From a virus (taxonomy: Duplodnaviria; Caudoviricetes): a DNA stretch of 51,920 nucleotides. The notes beneath the pieces are model-generated. The model worked only from the letters and a program-made list of their open reading frames with translations, did no database searches and was not told the DNA's origin. The stretch lies in IMG/VR virus record IMGVR_UViG_3300025154_000017, positions 1 to 51,920 of that record, one strand, 5' to 3'. The position numbers and the translations under genes were made by a program. Shown in pieces: positions 42,290-51,920 of this stretch (positions are counted from its first letter, which is position 1; each line of letters opens with the position of its first letter).

Positions 42290-44350
42290 CTACATACATA
42301 AAACACCATGATATATCGTATTAGAATCTGCTGAACATCCAGCTATATTACAGGCTTGCACCTTATAAGCAAAAACATATCCTGCTGCATCACACTGATT
42401 AGCATCCTCATACAATGTATCTGGAGTGCTGCCGATAAGTTCCCAATTAGCATTTAATCCGAAATCCGGATTACGGAATAATGCATAATATGTAGCTCCG
42501 CCAACCGGTTGCCAGCCGACAAGTATTGGGGCACAATCACTCGGTTGACTTGCACCGATCATTGTGGTAGCTTCAGGTGGGTCTCCCGCTGGCGGTAGTT
42601 CATCAGGGCAATCACCTATGTCAGAAAAGACTATGCTTTCATTGTCATTATATACAACTGTCCAACCAGATAATGAAGGATCTTCTAAATTGAATTTGAT
42701 TGAAACGAATATTTCAGCAAGAGCAGCTAAATCCTCTTGATAAACTGTACCCGCAGGTATCATAATCTCCTGACATATTTCACCAGCCACCCCGTCATTC
42801 CAGAATATCCAATAATAAGTATCATAAATATTCGGTTCTGAAAGCACACTCACAATTAATGTATAAGAAGGAGCATCAATAATTATATGAAGATTTTTAC
42901 TTTTTGGCGGCATCATAACAGCTTCATCTGTATCCGGCCCATAGAGAAGCGAGAACTCAACTTTACCGTCGGGGTGTATTGTAGCTGTTTCAACATAGCC
43001 TTTCTCACCTCCGAAGTATTCTTCGCCCAACTCAGTCGTTATGTAGTCTTCAGGTGAATAGTCATCTTCATAACACACGACCGCACTAACAGGTTGTTTC
43101 TTCAGTTTACGTGCCGATATAAAGTCAACTGCCGTACTCTGAATAAGCCCTGACATTAATACTCTGTCATGTAAGAAGAACGCACGCAAGAGATACGACC
43201 ATGAGTTTACGTAGTTATACGAAGCATAGAACGACTCATAAGCTGTGCCGTAGTAAACATAATAATCCACGCCGTCATAAGAATTAGCCAGAATAACCCA
43301 ACCGTCATCAGAGATATTGCCCTCCATGCCCGACGTTCCCATGCACTCGATAATATACGAAAGATCAGTTGTGACGTTTATTGCTTCGCTCTGTGTCGAT
43401 CCCTCTTGGTTATTCACGCACTCGACTTGATAGCTTATTGTGTGTTCAGTGTAATTAGCGTCACCGGCTTCCATAAACGCAAACTTCTCATAACGCGGCA
43501 TATCACCACGCAGATAAGTATATTTATTGCTCTTGACAGCTATTGCCTGCGTACGAAGGTCCATGCCAGCGATAGCATCCCAGTAACTCACGTGTTCAAC
43601 TCGCACGACAGAACCGTCATAAGTCCACTTAACGTTATACATCACGCGCATTATCTCCATCATCTCAGCAAAGGACATCATGCCTATTGTTGCTGGGTTC
43701 GTCGCTCCGGGGCGTTTGATATCAGACTTTTGAGCGATAGTCAGGTAACGATATTTATTTGCGTCTCCGGTAACATAATTGATCATATTGTTCAAGAACC
43801 AACTTGTTACTGTTGTCCCAATGCCGAAAGTCTGTTCTGCTAAGTATTCAATAACATTTATTACAGGTATATTATCGTCATAAGTGTCAGCCGTCGTCGG
43901 GACTATTGTTGTGATCTTATCTGCTGAGAGTTCAGCAATGATATTGTATTGCGTCTCGCCTTCGAGATCGAAGTTCTTATAATTGTCATACGGCATCGGC
44001 GTAACGTCAAACGTCGAGTTATCCAAATCCCACGCCCCGTCTGCGGTTGTGAAGTATCCAGTCCAATAATTGTGATAAGTGTTCGCTGCACTGTCTTTCT
44101 TTTCGATCTCAATAATGATCTCCTGACAACTTAACACACCAGAAACAATCAGTTCTTCAGTATAATATAAAAGATCAAAGTCCGAAGTCCCTATTTTTGT
44201 GTTACAATAAAAACGAAGTGTACCGCTAAATTTCCGCCGGTAATACTGTTTCCCGTCCTCTTTCTGGTCAATTAATGACGTTTTCAGAAAGTTCAGCGGG
44301 AAGCACTCAACTCTTGACGATCCTACAGTTATATAAAAGCGATAGTTCAT
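42290..44350 (-). CDS. Tail/baseplate hub protein with C-terminal FN3-like domain
   Basis: Follows tape measure; W.PV.GATYY.LFR...Y.V.ACN..GCS..S. Confidence 0.7.
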   Translation of the reverse strand: MNYRFYITVGSSRVECFPLNFLKTSLIDQKEDGKQYYRRKFSGTLRFYCNTKIGTSDFDLLYYTEELIVSGVLSCQEIIIEIEKKDSAANTYHNYWTGYFTTADGAWDLDNSTFDVTPMPYDNYKNFDLEGETQYNIIAELSADKITTIVPTTADTYDDNIPVINVIEYLAEQTFGIGTTVTSWFLNNMINYVTGDANKYRYLTIAQKSDIKRPGATNPATIGMMSFAEMMEIMRVMYNVKWTYDGSVVRVEHVSYWDAIAGMDLRTQAIAVKSNKYTYLRGDMPRYEKFAFMEAGDANYTEHTISYQVECVNNQEGSTQSEAINVTTDLSYIIECMGTSGMEGNISDDGWVILANSYDGVDYYVYYGTAYESFYASYNYVNSWSYLLRAFFLHDRVLMSGLIQSTAVDFISARKLKKQPVSAVVCYEDDYSPEDYITTELGEEYFGGEKGYVETATIHPDGKVEFSLLYGPDTDEAVMMPPKSKNLHIIIDAPSYTLIVSVLSEPNIYDTYYWIFWNDGVAGEICQEIMIPAGTVYQEDLAALAEIFVSIKFNLEDPSLSGWTVVYNDNESIVFSDIGDCPDELPPAGDPPEATTMIGASQPSDCAPILVGWQPVGGATYYALFRNPDFGLNANWELIGSTPDTLYEDANQCDAAGYVFAYKVQACNIAGCSADSNTIYHGVLCM

Positions 44351-46956
44351 TTTCTTATGATCCTCGTCTTATGCGGTCCTAACTTTTCAACTATTCGATC
44401 TCCGAGATCAGTACGTTCACGCTTTGTCCCGAACTTGCTGTTTAATCGCACAAGTTCACCGTGAACCCGATCAAGTCGTTCGTTCGTCTGATTAACGTCA
44501 ACAATGATATTCGGGTCACCTGTTACAGCATCAATCGGTACACGATCTTTATTGAACGAAGTCACTATTTCTGAGAATGCTTTACCGTACTTCGCCGAAG
44601 CCCTGCGGTTCAACACGCCCCAACGTTCACCACGTTCGACCTCGACATGATCTAAGAACCGTTCACCACCTTGTGAATGACGCTTACCTGTAATCACTCC
44701 GGTATCAGTACCCGTACCACCTTCGGCAAGTTTTGTGGCTTGTGAGGCCTTGACCTTCGCAGCGGCAAACGCGCCGAACATTGTACCAATTGTTGCAATG
44801 GCAACAGCCACACCTACCGGCCCCAATTTTGCAAGTGACTTAAATATGTCTGCCGAAGCACTTATCAAAGAGGACAACTGAGAGACCGTGTCAAGTGCCC
44901 TCTGTGCTTTAATTGCTTTCTCTTCTTCTTTCAAAGCCTTTTCGCGTGCAATCTTTAAATCTTCGAGTTCTTTCTTTTTGGCATCGACGTTATTGGCATA
45001 GCCGTCACGCATCATATCCATCTCAGCCTCTAATGCCCGCTGTGTTTCGGATATCTGAGTGTCTAACAGTTCGCGTGTGCGTTGCGCGTCCTCAACTCTT
45101 GCAGAAAATATGTCATCAAGTACCCCCCTAAATGTGTCAACGCTATTTTTTATTGCCTCCTGTGCTTCGGGGTTATCACCTAATCCAACGACATCCCAAA
45201 AAGTCTTTTTATCACCTTTAGCGAGTTGATCTATTTCCTTATTCCATATCGCTAAACGTTGCCTTAAAATGTCCGCTTGAATTTTTGCATAAACACTGTC
45301 CGAAGCCTCAAGAATTTTTATATCCTCTTTAGCAAACTTGATTTTTAACTTTAGCTTTTCTTCTTCATTGTCCTCTATCAGATCAAGTGCCTCTTCCTGT
45401 AACTGACGTTCAAGTTCACGTACCTTGTCACCATGACCGACCATTTCATCAAAAGCCTTTTGATCGTAGTCGGCTGACTGTTTCATGAACTCAATATTCG
45501 CACTTTCCTCAAGCCCGGCCAACCATTTCAAATGATCTTCAGTAAGATCACCTTTACTTTCAAGATGTGTCCGAAGTAGTGCCAATTGTTGTAACTGATA
45601 GTCACGCTCAGCGGCAAAACGCTCCGGCCCCTCAAGTCGGTCTATCTGATCTTTGTCGTACTGATCCTGTAGCTGAAGTGAAGCCTGTAAAAACTCTTCG
45701 AGTTTCTTCTGACGATCATCCAAGTTCTTGCCTTCTTCTTTTGCGAGCATTGTACTTGAAAGTTCGGCCATTGTATTGGCGCGGATAGTTGAATTAGCAA
45801 CCTCATTTTGTTTCTTACCAATTGCATCATAAGCATTTGTAATGCGAATACGAGTGTCGTCAGTTATATTGCCCCATTGTTCATAAGTCTCAGACATACT
45901 ACGTATTTCGGGAGGGATAGCTGCAATGGAGGCCTTCAATTCATCAACCTTTTTAGTATCAATTTTTCGTGAGGTTTCAATCCACACCTCCCCAATTAGT
46001 TCACGAACAGGAACACCTTTTTCAGCCTCGGTAAGCTGTTTAACAAGTGACTGGTAATTTTTAAGCGCATTCTTATTTTCATCAAAAGACTTTGCGCTTC
46101 TGATATTATTAATTATCTGTTCATTTATTCTTTTCTTTTCATCTTCGGCTAAATCTTGTGAATAACCCAACTTTTGTCGTGCAAAGTCAAGTTCTGCATC
46201 AAGTCTTATTTTTAACAATTCAACAGCGTCGCGCTCTCCCTCTCCTGCAAGTTTTATGTATTCCTCTGCCGCCTCTTTACGCTTACGATATCCCTCTGCA
46301 CCAACTAATCCGGTATTACGGTATATCTTAGCAAGCTCAATCATACGGCCCTCTCGCTCAGTTTCAATCAGACGCAATTCACGTTCACGATCACCAACAA
46401 CATCCCAAGCGTCAGCGTAATCCATCCCGGCCTGACGTGCTTCACGAAGCCGACGACCTAATTCTGCCCAATTGCCAGTAGCGACTGTTCTGCTAAGTTC
46501 ATCAAGTGCCGACTTTATTCCACTAATTTCACGGCGCAATAAATCCCCGGTTTGTTGCGTGGAGTTCATTATCGCTTTAAATATCTTTACGGCAGCATGA
46601 ACGGTAAGATAGGTGGCAGCGAGCCTCTTCAGTCCGGTAATCATGTCATTATTACCTTTCTTCTGCTTCTCCTGAACCTTCGTTGTTTCTATTCCGGCCT
46701 TATTATATTCTTCAAGCGTCTGTTTGGCTTCGGCTATTTTCTTGTTATACTTTTCAACCCCTTCAATAGTGAACGCCTTTTTGCGCTTTTCCTCATAGTC
46801 TTTCAGTGCAGCAGTAGTATCCTCGATCAGACCCTTAGTCCTTTGTTCACCTTTATGAACGGACTTCTGCATAGTCTGAGTTGCCTGAGTGACTTCCTTT
46901 GTACTCTGGATGTATTGCGAGTTGTCCGCTACTATTTCGAGTTCTATGCGCTTCAT
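44347..46956 (-). CDS. Tape measure protein
   Basis: 869 aa, helical/coiled coil, hydrophobic Ala-rich segment, C-terminal AEGG...G.RHSQGGE...E.GE. Confidence 0.85.
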   Translation of the reverse strand: MKRIELEIVADNSQYIQSTKEVTQATQTMQKSVHKGEQRTKGLIEDTTAALKDYEEKRKKAFTIEGVEKYNKKIAEAKQTLEEYNKAGIETTKVQEKQKKGNNDMITGLKRLAATYLTVHAAVKIFKAIMNSTQQTGDLLRREISGIKSALDELSRTVATGNWAELGRRLREARQAGMDYADAWDVVGDRERELRLIETEREGRMIELAKIYRNTGLVGAEGYRKRKEAAEEYIKLAGEGERDAVELLKIRLDAELDFARQKLGYSQDLAEDEKKRINEQIINNIRSAKSFDENKNALKNYQSLVKQLTEAEKGVPVRELIGEVWIETSRKIDTKKVDELKASIAAIPPEIRSMSETYEQWGNITDDTRIRITNAYDAIGKKQNEVANSTIRANTMAELSSTMLAKEEGKNLDDRQKKLEEFLQASLQLQDQYDKDQIDRLEGPERFAAERDYQLQQLALLRTHLESKGDLTEDHLKWLAGLEESANIEFMKQSADYDQKAFDEMVGHGDKVRELERQLQEEALDLIEDNEEEKLKLKIKFAKEDIKILEASDSVYAKIQADILRQRLAIWNKEIDQLAKGDKKTFWDVVGLGDNPEAQEAIKNSVDTFRGVLDDIFSARVEDAQRTRELLDTQISETQRALEAEMDMMRDGYANNVDAKKKELEDLKIAREKALKEEEKAIKAQRALDTVSQLSSLISASADIFKSLAKLGPVGVAVAIATIGTMFGAFAAAKVKASQATKLAEGGTGTDTGVITGKRHSQGGERFLDHVEVERGERWGVLNRRASAKYGKAFSEIVTSFNKDRVPIDAVTGDPNIIVDVNQTNERLDRVHGELVRLNSKFGTKRERTDLGDRIVEKLGPHKTRIIRK

Positions 46957-47213
46957 TTTCTCTTTCTTTTTGCTTCGTCTGCCCGTTTCTTCATAGCATT
47001 CACCTTCGCCTCATAATTACTCAAGAACGAAAAAAACTCAAACACATCGAACCTTCCGAGTCGGTCAATCTCCGAAGGCATTCCGTCGCTGACAGCGTAA
47101 AGCAGATTGTTCCAGTATTTTTCATTTTCTACGAGTGCTTTATAAATGTTCTTTAATCCTCCTTCTCCTTTGTTAAAGTATTGCGGGTAGTGAGTTTGTA
47201 GGCTGGCATCCAA
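46953..47213 (-). CDS. Tail assembly chaperone T-like ORF (possible -1 frameshift extension)
   Basis: Overlaps the upstream ORF in the -1 frame and precedes tape measure. Confidence 0.55.
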   Translation of the reverse strand: MDASLQTHYPQYFNKGEGGLKNIYKALVENEKYWNNLLYAVSDGMPSEIDRLGRFDVFEFFSFLSNYEAKVNAMKKRADEAKRKRK

Positions 47214-47626
47214 CCGTCCACTAAGCTGGCTGCCAAGTGGAAGAAAGGGCTTACCTCCAATTCCTTCGACCAGCAGTCGATCTTTTCTTTCATCCGCTTT
47301 TCATCAAACACCGTTGTATCTTCGTCTTTCTCATTAATGAATAAAGCACACAACCTTAAAGCCGGAGCGTCCTTTTCTTCGATCATTGCCGTACCTGTGA
47401 GGATATTATAAAGCGTAACTGACACGTCTGCATAGTTCTTTGCCGTCTGCATCAAGTCATAACACTTCTGTACATCTTTAAACAGGTCAACAAAAGTCCT
47501 CGAAAACCCGAACTCTATTGAAAGCCTTTGCAGTTCTCGGTAACGGTTAAATGAAAGCGTATCCTCAACAAAAAAGGTACGCCCTCCGCATTCAAATTTC
47601 TTGTCCTTTAGGTCAATTACTCTCAT
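47153..47626 (-). CDS. Tail assembly chaperone G-like protein
   Basis: Position; in-phase C_CCT_TTC at 47243..47249. Confidence 0.55.
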   Translation of the reverse strand: MRVIDLKDKKFECGGRTFFVEDTLSFNRYRELQRLSIEFGFSRTFVDLFKDVQKCYDLMQTAKNYADVSVTLYNILTGTAMIEEKDAPALRLCALFINEKDEDTTVFDEKRMKEKIDCWSKELEVSPFFHLAASLVDGWMPAYKLTTRNTLTKEKED

Positions 47627-47903
47627 AGGTCATTATTTTATCAATAATCAAAACCGCTAATATCACAGCCGAAATAAACCAGATGTGATCAAACAAATTG
47701 TATGATGCAAAATGTTTAATTAAATAGTACCACAGCGCAAATTGTCCGCTGAAACACGCCAAACAGCCACCTGCGGGTTTGTAAATCCAATCCTGTTTTA
47801 TCCGCTCAATCAGTCGCCCGTACCAGGCAAAGATCATCTTATCCTCGGTCAGAAGAATAAACACATATGCTATAATCGCAACTTTCAGTATCTCGACTAA
47901 CAT
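47613..47903 (-). CDS. Membrane protein with CxxC (DUF1360-like)
   Basis: Three hydrophobic helices; GGCLACFSGQ..LW. Confidence 0.6.
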   Translation of the reverse strand: MLVEILKVAIIAYVFILLTEDKMIFAWYGRLIERIKQDWIYKPAGGCLACFSGQFALWYYLIKHFASYNLFDHIWFISAVILAVLIIDKIMTYESN

Positions 47904-48484
47904 TCCGTACACCCTTCCGTTGGTTCAACACATTCAGGTATGAGATAAAATTCAGTCCGAATATCCAATCCAAAAAAATCATACGGGACCATAAGATATT
48001 GTGTATGAAGTTCATCAAAGGTATATTTTGAAAACACGCCTGATGACCTCTGCGCCTGAGAAGTTACCGTAATAGACAACCTTAACATATCCCCGACGTT
48101 CTGCGGAAAAGCCGGTAAAGCCTTAATAATAGAGATAACATAATCACCCGACGAGCCGCAACCTCCCTCGGTGAGTTTCTTATAGTTTAACCATGCTACT
48201 AATCGTAGGCGGCTCTCATAAAGGAGTTTACCGCCCTCTTGACGAATGAAATTAAATGACCCGTCCTCAAAGAAGACGACACTGCTGTATTGCGAATTAG
48301 GCATCAATTCATCATAACACCCCTGAGTACACGCATCATCAAAGGTCAGATCACATGAAATAGGGAAGCGTTTTTCTACACCGCCCTGAGTGACCTTTGC
48401 TATCTGAGTTAATCCTGCGATCTTGTCAATCCACGGAAGCTCTTTGATGTACCCTACAATAATATTTGCGATCTTGTTATTCAT
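47897..48484 (-). CDS. Putative tail completion/terminator protein
   Basis: Position in neck region; 195 aa. Confidence 0.55.
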   Translation of the reverse strand: MNNKIANIIVGYIKELPWIDKIAGLTQIAKVTQGGVEKRFPISCDLTFDDACTQGCYDELMPNSQYSSVVFFEDGSFNFIRQEGGKLLYESRLRLVAWLNYKKLTEGGCGSSGDYVISIIKALPAFPQNVGDMLRLSITVTSQAQRSSGVFSKYTFDELHTQYLMVPYDFFGLDIRTEFYLIPECVEPTEGCTEC

Positions 48485-49055
48485 TCCACTTTGCTGCTAA
48501 CCATTCTTCTAAAATGTCTGACACAACGTTTACCTCACTATCGTTAAGCATTAGTATCTCACCCTTGCGATCCGTGTTACCGGCTAACTTCGCATTCTCT
48601 GTTTCAGACAAAGTGCTTATCCGTGCCAGCCCCGTGCGGTGTTCATCTTCTGAGCTTGTAACTTGAACATTTGCCCACATCTCGCCGGTCCAGTTAAAGT
48701 CAACAATATCCGTCCGTCTTCCGTGCAGTTCCCGGAACTCCTTATATCCGCCGTCGATCTCAAACAGTTTTGCATTCTTGACCGTCACCCACTTCAACTC
48801 TTTGCGCTTTTCTTTTGACCCCGCAAGCTGATTGCACACTGCAACACTCATGTACTTACTCTTACAGTTCGTAAGCATCGGTTTAGTCGAATACGGCGCG
48901 AAAGGTTTCCCTTCGGCATCCATACCCGTTTCGACAATACGTTGTTTCATAAGCGTATTAGCTGACTGAGCCACCTGAAGCATAACCATACCAAACTCAT
49001 TCACGCTCTCGGCAATGATCTGATCCATGTGCTTTATAGCTTCTTCGGCTTTCAT
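48477..49055 (-). CDS. Virion morphogenesis (neck) protein
   Basis: RI...G.D.EG.PF.PYS and VD...TG.M patterns (Mu gpG-like). Confidence 0.6.
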   Translation of the reverse strand: MKAEEAIKHMDQIIAESVNEFGMVMLQVAQSANTLMKQRIVETGMDAEGKPFAPYSTKPMLTNCKSKYMSVAVCNQLAGSKEKRKELKWVTVKNAKLFEIDGGYKEFRELHGRRTDIVDFNWTGEMWANVQVTSSEDEHRTGLARISTLSETENAKLAGNTDRKGEILMLNDSEVNVVSDILEEWLAAKWNE

Positions 49056-50128
49056 ATCCTCTGTGATCTCATTCTCATTCCCTGCGGAGGTCTGCAACGA
49101 ACGCAATCATTGTCCTCCATTGACTTCGACAGCCAGTCGATCATCACGTTATACCTCTCTGCGTAATAAGTCCGGTTCTCATTCAACTGTTCCATGCCAA
49201 GTAAAGTATAACGACTGACTTCGGGCGATCCCATGATATAGGTCGTAAGAAACTCCCCTGCCTTGTACCAAATCGCATATGCCATTGACGCATCGACCTC
49301 GTTATTTATAAAGTCGCTTTCGTCACGGCAGAAGTTGTCGAACACATCGCATACGAAGTTACCATGAAGGATCATTCCCGAAGCCTTACCGTTAACCGTC
49401 CAGTCCTCACGGTCATCTAAAACATCTCCATAAACCCCTGCAGCCATGACCCACTCAGTCCATAGTTTACGGTTCTGTCTTATGCAAGGATCGTTAACAT
49501 CAAAACACCACTTAAAGCCTCCGCAGTTACACGTTAGTTTATTTGAGTACGCCCGTCCTACGGGAGCAATCAGAAAGTAATAGTTACGGTCTAAGGTAAG
49601 TTCAATAGGGGTGATAAGCGTCTTATTTGGCCTATCAGCAACCGAAGCCAACGGGACAGTATAAAGCAGATCGTACTCGTCGTAAATCTCAAGATTGACC
49701 GCTTCGGTTGAATTGAGAATAAGTGACACGCCTCGTAAGATATACTTACCACCCTTTATATCTGAGTAAATGCGCATTCCGTAATAGTTGCTATCTCTTA
49801 CGAGATCGGTTATCTTCTTGCCCCCTGTTGCGTATCTGCCTCCAATGTCACCGGAGAACGGATGACGGACCGGCTCTTTGTACTTCATGAGAGCCTGAAC
49901 TAAGTCAAGTTTAAACGCATTGATAGCATTTTCACGGGCGTTGGTCATCTTCGTCCAAATGTCTTCACAGCCTCCGAGAGAGTCGAGAATACGAAGGCTC
50001 ATCCCCTGCAATTCTGACACATAAAGGCCACTGTCAGAGACAGCATACGACTCATCCCAATCATCGACACAGGCGCACTCAGTCCGAGCAAACCCGACAA
50101 TATTTTCCATGCATAAAAACAAGCTCAT
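49052..50128 (-). CDS. Putative head-tail connector / structural protein
   Basis: 358 aa, Cys-rich, downstream of major capsid. Confidence 0.6.
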   Translation of the reverse strand: MSLFLCMENIVGFARTECACVDDWDESYAVSDSGLYVSELQGMSLRILDSLGGCEDIWTKMTNARENAINAFKLDLVQALMKYKEPVRHPFSGDIGGRYATGGKKITDLVRDSNYYGMRIYSDIKGGKYILRGVSLILNSTEAVNLEIYDEYDLLYTVPLASVADRPNKTLITPIELTLDRNYYFLIAPVGRAYSNKLTCNCGGFKWCFDVNDPCIRQNRKLWTEWVMAAGVYGDVLDDREDWTVNGKASGMILHGNFVCDVFDNFCRDESDFINNEVDASMAYAIWYKAGEFLTTYIMGSPEVSRYTLLGMEQLNENRTYYAERYNVMIDWLSKSMEDNDCVRCRPPQGMRMRSQRI

Positions 50129-50205
50129 TTTGTCCTCCTTGTTCTTGGTTTGACAACTATTACCGGTTTCGGACGGCGGCCACCACAGTTACACTTCTGT
50201 TCCAT
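50125..50205 (-). CDS. 26-aa basic Cys peptide MEQKCNCGGRRPKPVIVVKPRTRRTK
   Basis: Hand-translated; ATGA-coupled to the next gene. Confidence 0.6.
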   Translation of the reverse strand: MEQKCNCGGRRPKPVIVVKPRTRRTK

Positions 50206-50209
50206 AACT

Positions 50210-50248
50210 AAAAAGAAAGGATACCCAAAAATATGAATATCCTTTCTT
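50210..50248 (-). terminator. Terminator-like hairpin after major capsid gene
   Basis: AAGAAAGGATA...TATCCTTTCTT followed by TTT. Confidence 0.6.
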
Positions 50249-50267
50249 CATTCATTAAATGTTACGT

Positions 50268-51287
50268 TTAAATTCCCGTACCACATTCAAATACAAGAAT
50301 CCCGGTATTCCCCTCATCGCACGGAGCAGGATTAACAGCAAACACACCGTGAAGCTGTATCTTTGTAGCGAGATAGAATTCATTACCTACGCAAGTTTCC
50401 TGTGCAAAAATATCGTAAACGATATTAGGAAGATAACGAGACTTTTCTGACCACATCGTAATACCAGCAAACGCAGTAGCATTCTTCGGACTAAAAGGAT
50501 TCCACGCCTTATTTAACATCGCAACAGCGGTGCGGTTCCATAAGAATGCAGAACCAGGGGCGTATGTTTCAACATTGAACGGGTCCTGATAAATCCTCTT
50601 TATGCTGCCGACCTTCGACATAGCTGCCTTGCCAGCATCAGTCATTGTCTCATGCTGACGATTGAACAGGTACTGGAATAAAAGATTACCTGACAGCATC
50701 GTCGGGTCTTTAATTTTATTCCAGAGATTTACAAGGTTGAAGTACCCCCAAATACTGTCATCCCAGAAATTTGCAGGGATTGAAGTCGGATTAAATGCAG
50801 GTGAACTTGCGCCTACACCTCCGGTAAACACGTTTGTACCTCCATTAGCAAGTAATCCGGTTATGACATACTGAGCGACCCATTCATCCAATGCCTTCAT
50901 ATGCATTGACATATTAAAGTCATATGCCTTGGCAAATTCAATGGTACGTTCACGGTATTCTCTTACCGGCATCTTGAAAGACGACTCCTGAAGACATTCG
51001 ATTTCGTACTCTTGGCACATCGGATCGGCATCTTCGCCGTCAATCGTACAGTCATCAGAGCAGTCCTGAGTAGTAATATCACAAGCAGTCAGCCATTCAA
51101 CCGATAAGGTACGCTTTTTACGTCCTGTTATTTCGGTCATTTTTGGCGTGTAGCCTTCAAGTACAGCTTTTGCTGCTTCGGCATTAGGTTCAAGATCAAC
51201 ATCCGTTTGTGGGGTACTCCAGTGTTCGGCAAGCTGACCCTGATAAGTGGCTAAAAAGCCACAATCAATAGTTCCAATTTGGCTCAT
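50268..51287 (-). CDS. Major capsid protein
   Basis: 339 aa, follows scaffold gene, followed by a terminator hairpin. Confidence 0.75.
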   Translation of the reverse strand: MSQIGTIDCGFLATYQGQLAEHWSTPQTDVDLEPNAEAAKAVLEGYTPKMTEITGRKKRTLSVEWLTACDITTQDCSDDCTIDGEDADPMCQEYEIECLQESSFKMPVREYRERTIEFAKAYDFNMSMHMKALDEWVAQYVITGLLANGGTNVFTGGVGASSPAFNPTSIPANFWDDSIWGYFNLVNLWNKIKDPTMLSGNLLFQYLFNRQHETMTDAGKAAMSKVGSIKRIYQDPFNVETYAPGSAFLWNRTAVAMLNKAWNPFSPKNATAFAGITMWSEKSRYLPNIVYDIFAQETCVGNEFYLATKIQLHGVFAVNPAPCDEGNTGILVFECGTGI

Positions 51288-51920
51288 TTTTTTGATTTTT
51301 CGTAAGACACCTTAATAGCTATTTCCTCTTCAGGAGTCTTAGCTGCCTTCATCATCTCAAAGAATTCATCGTCGTTCTTTGGTGCTTTGACAGCAGGCTT
51401 AGAGGGTTCGTTCTTGTTACCACTTGAGGACCGATCATCGGCTGCCTTAAAGTCAAAGTACCCACCGGCAGTATCACGTGCGAAATCTTCAAACGTGATC
51501 ATGTGTCCATGACTGTCTTTGACCGGCTCACCGTCCTTTATCATAATAAAGTCGCCGTCCTTTTCTTGGTAATCAAACACTCGGAACTCTTCAATGTACT
51601 TTTCACGCCAACGCTGTGCTTTCTTTGCATCTTCCGGTAGTATGGGACGCAAGCGGTCAAGTTCGTCAAGGGCACGCTTTTCGATCTTCGACATAACTGA
51701 ACGCTTTTGAAATTCACGTTCTTTGTCGTCAACCTTCTGCTGCCATTCTTTATCTTTGGCCTTCTGTTGTTTTTCCCACTCGTGCTGATGCTTTAAAAAC
51801 TCAGGATGTTTTGTAATGTCATCTGAAGTTCCTTTTACCTCTGTGATCTTCTCTGTGACAAGAAAATCAATAAGCTCAACCCCTTCGAGTTCAGAGTCAA
51901 AGCCATACTTATCCTTTACT
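51284..51920 (-). CDS. Capsid scaffolding protein, C-terminal part (continues from 1..344)
   Basis: Frame open across the circular junction. Confidence 0.75.
   Translation of the reverse strand, partial: VKDKYGFDSELEGVELIDFLVTEKITEVKGTSDDITKHPEFLKHQHEWEKQQKAKDKEWQQKVDDKEREFQKRSVMSKIEKRALDELDRLRPILPEDAKKAQRWREKYIEEFRVFDYQEKDGDFIMIKDGEPVKDSHGHMITFEDFARDTAGGYFDFKAADDRSSSGNKNEPSKPAVKAPKNDDEFFEMMKAAKTPEEEIAIKVSYEKSKK
51795..51920. repeat. Terminal direct repeat, copy 2
   Basis: Identical to 1..126. Confidence 0.97.

Noticed and set aside
42287-42292. Amber recoding or readthrough (TAG followed in frame by the next ORF here, at 345 and at 6934)
   Set aside because: Genes are full length in the standard code, there is no CTA-anticodon tRNA, and a terL-portal fusion is implausible. 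Readthrough at 42290 is not strictly excluded.
35675-44350. Diversity-generating retroelement acting on tail fibres
   Set aside because: No reverse transcriptase and no template/variable repeat pair seen.

Overview
The window is an apparently complete, circularised tailed-phage genome (51,794 bp plus a 126-bp end overlap) with essentially all genes on the minus strand. Recurrent TAnnTTTG promoter elements indicate a Bacteroidota host. Modules: head/packaging (terS, intein-containing terL, portal, MuF-like protein, scaffold, major capsid) interleaved with five glycosyltransferases and a methyltransferase; tail (connectors, chaperone, tape measure, tail tube, fibres); lysis (holin-like proteins, DUF5675-type endolysin, caspase-like protease); and replication/recombination (initiator with iteron-like repeats, helicase, DNA methyltransferase, SSAP, exonuclease, NinG). 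No integrase or repressor was recognised. The standout finding is a 5-tRNA array (Leu-UAA, Leu-UAG, Ser-UGA, Tyr-GUA, Ser-GCU) preceded by a classical ribosome-dependent attenuator whose 19-aa leader peptide has 11 consecutive Leu/Ser/Tyr codons. This would be a sensor that switches on phage tRNAs when those host tRNAs are depleted, and three of the tRNAs lack the class II variable arm. Other unusual items: an HNH endonuclease overprinted out of frame inside the terminase intein with its own promoter motif, a segment-permuted metacaspase in the lysis cassette, and an A10 tract that could fuse a tail protein to an SGNH esterase. All calls come from motif recognition by eye; no database searches were run.
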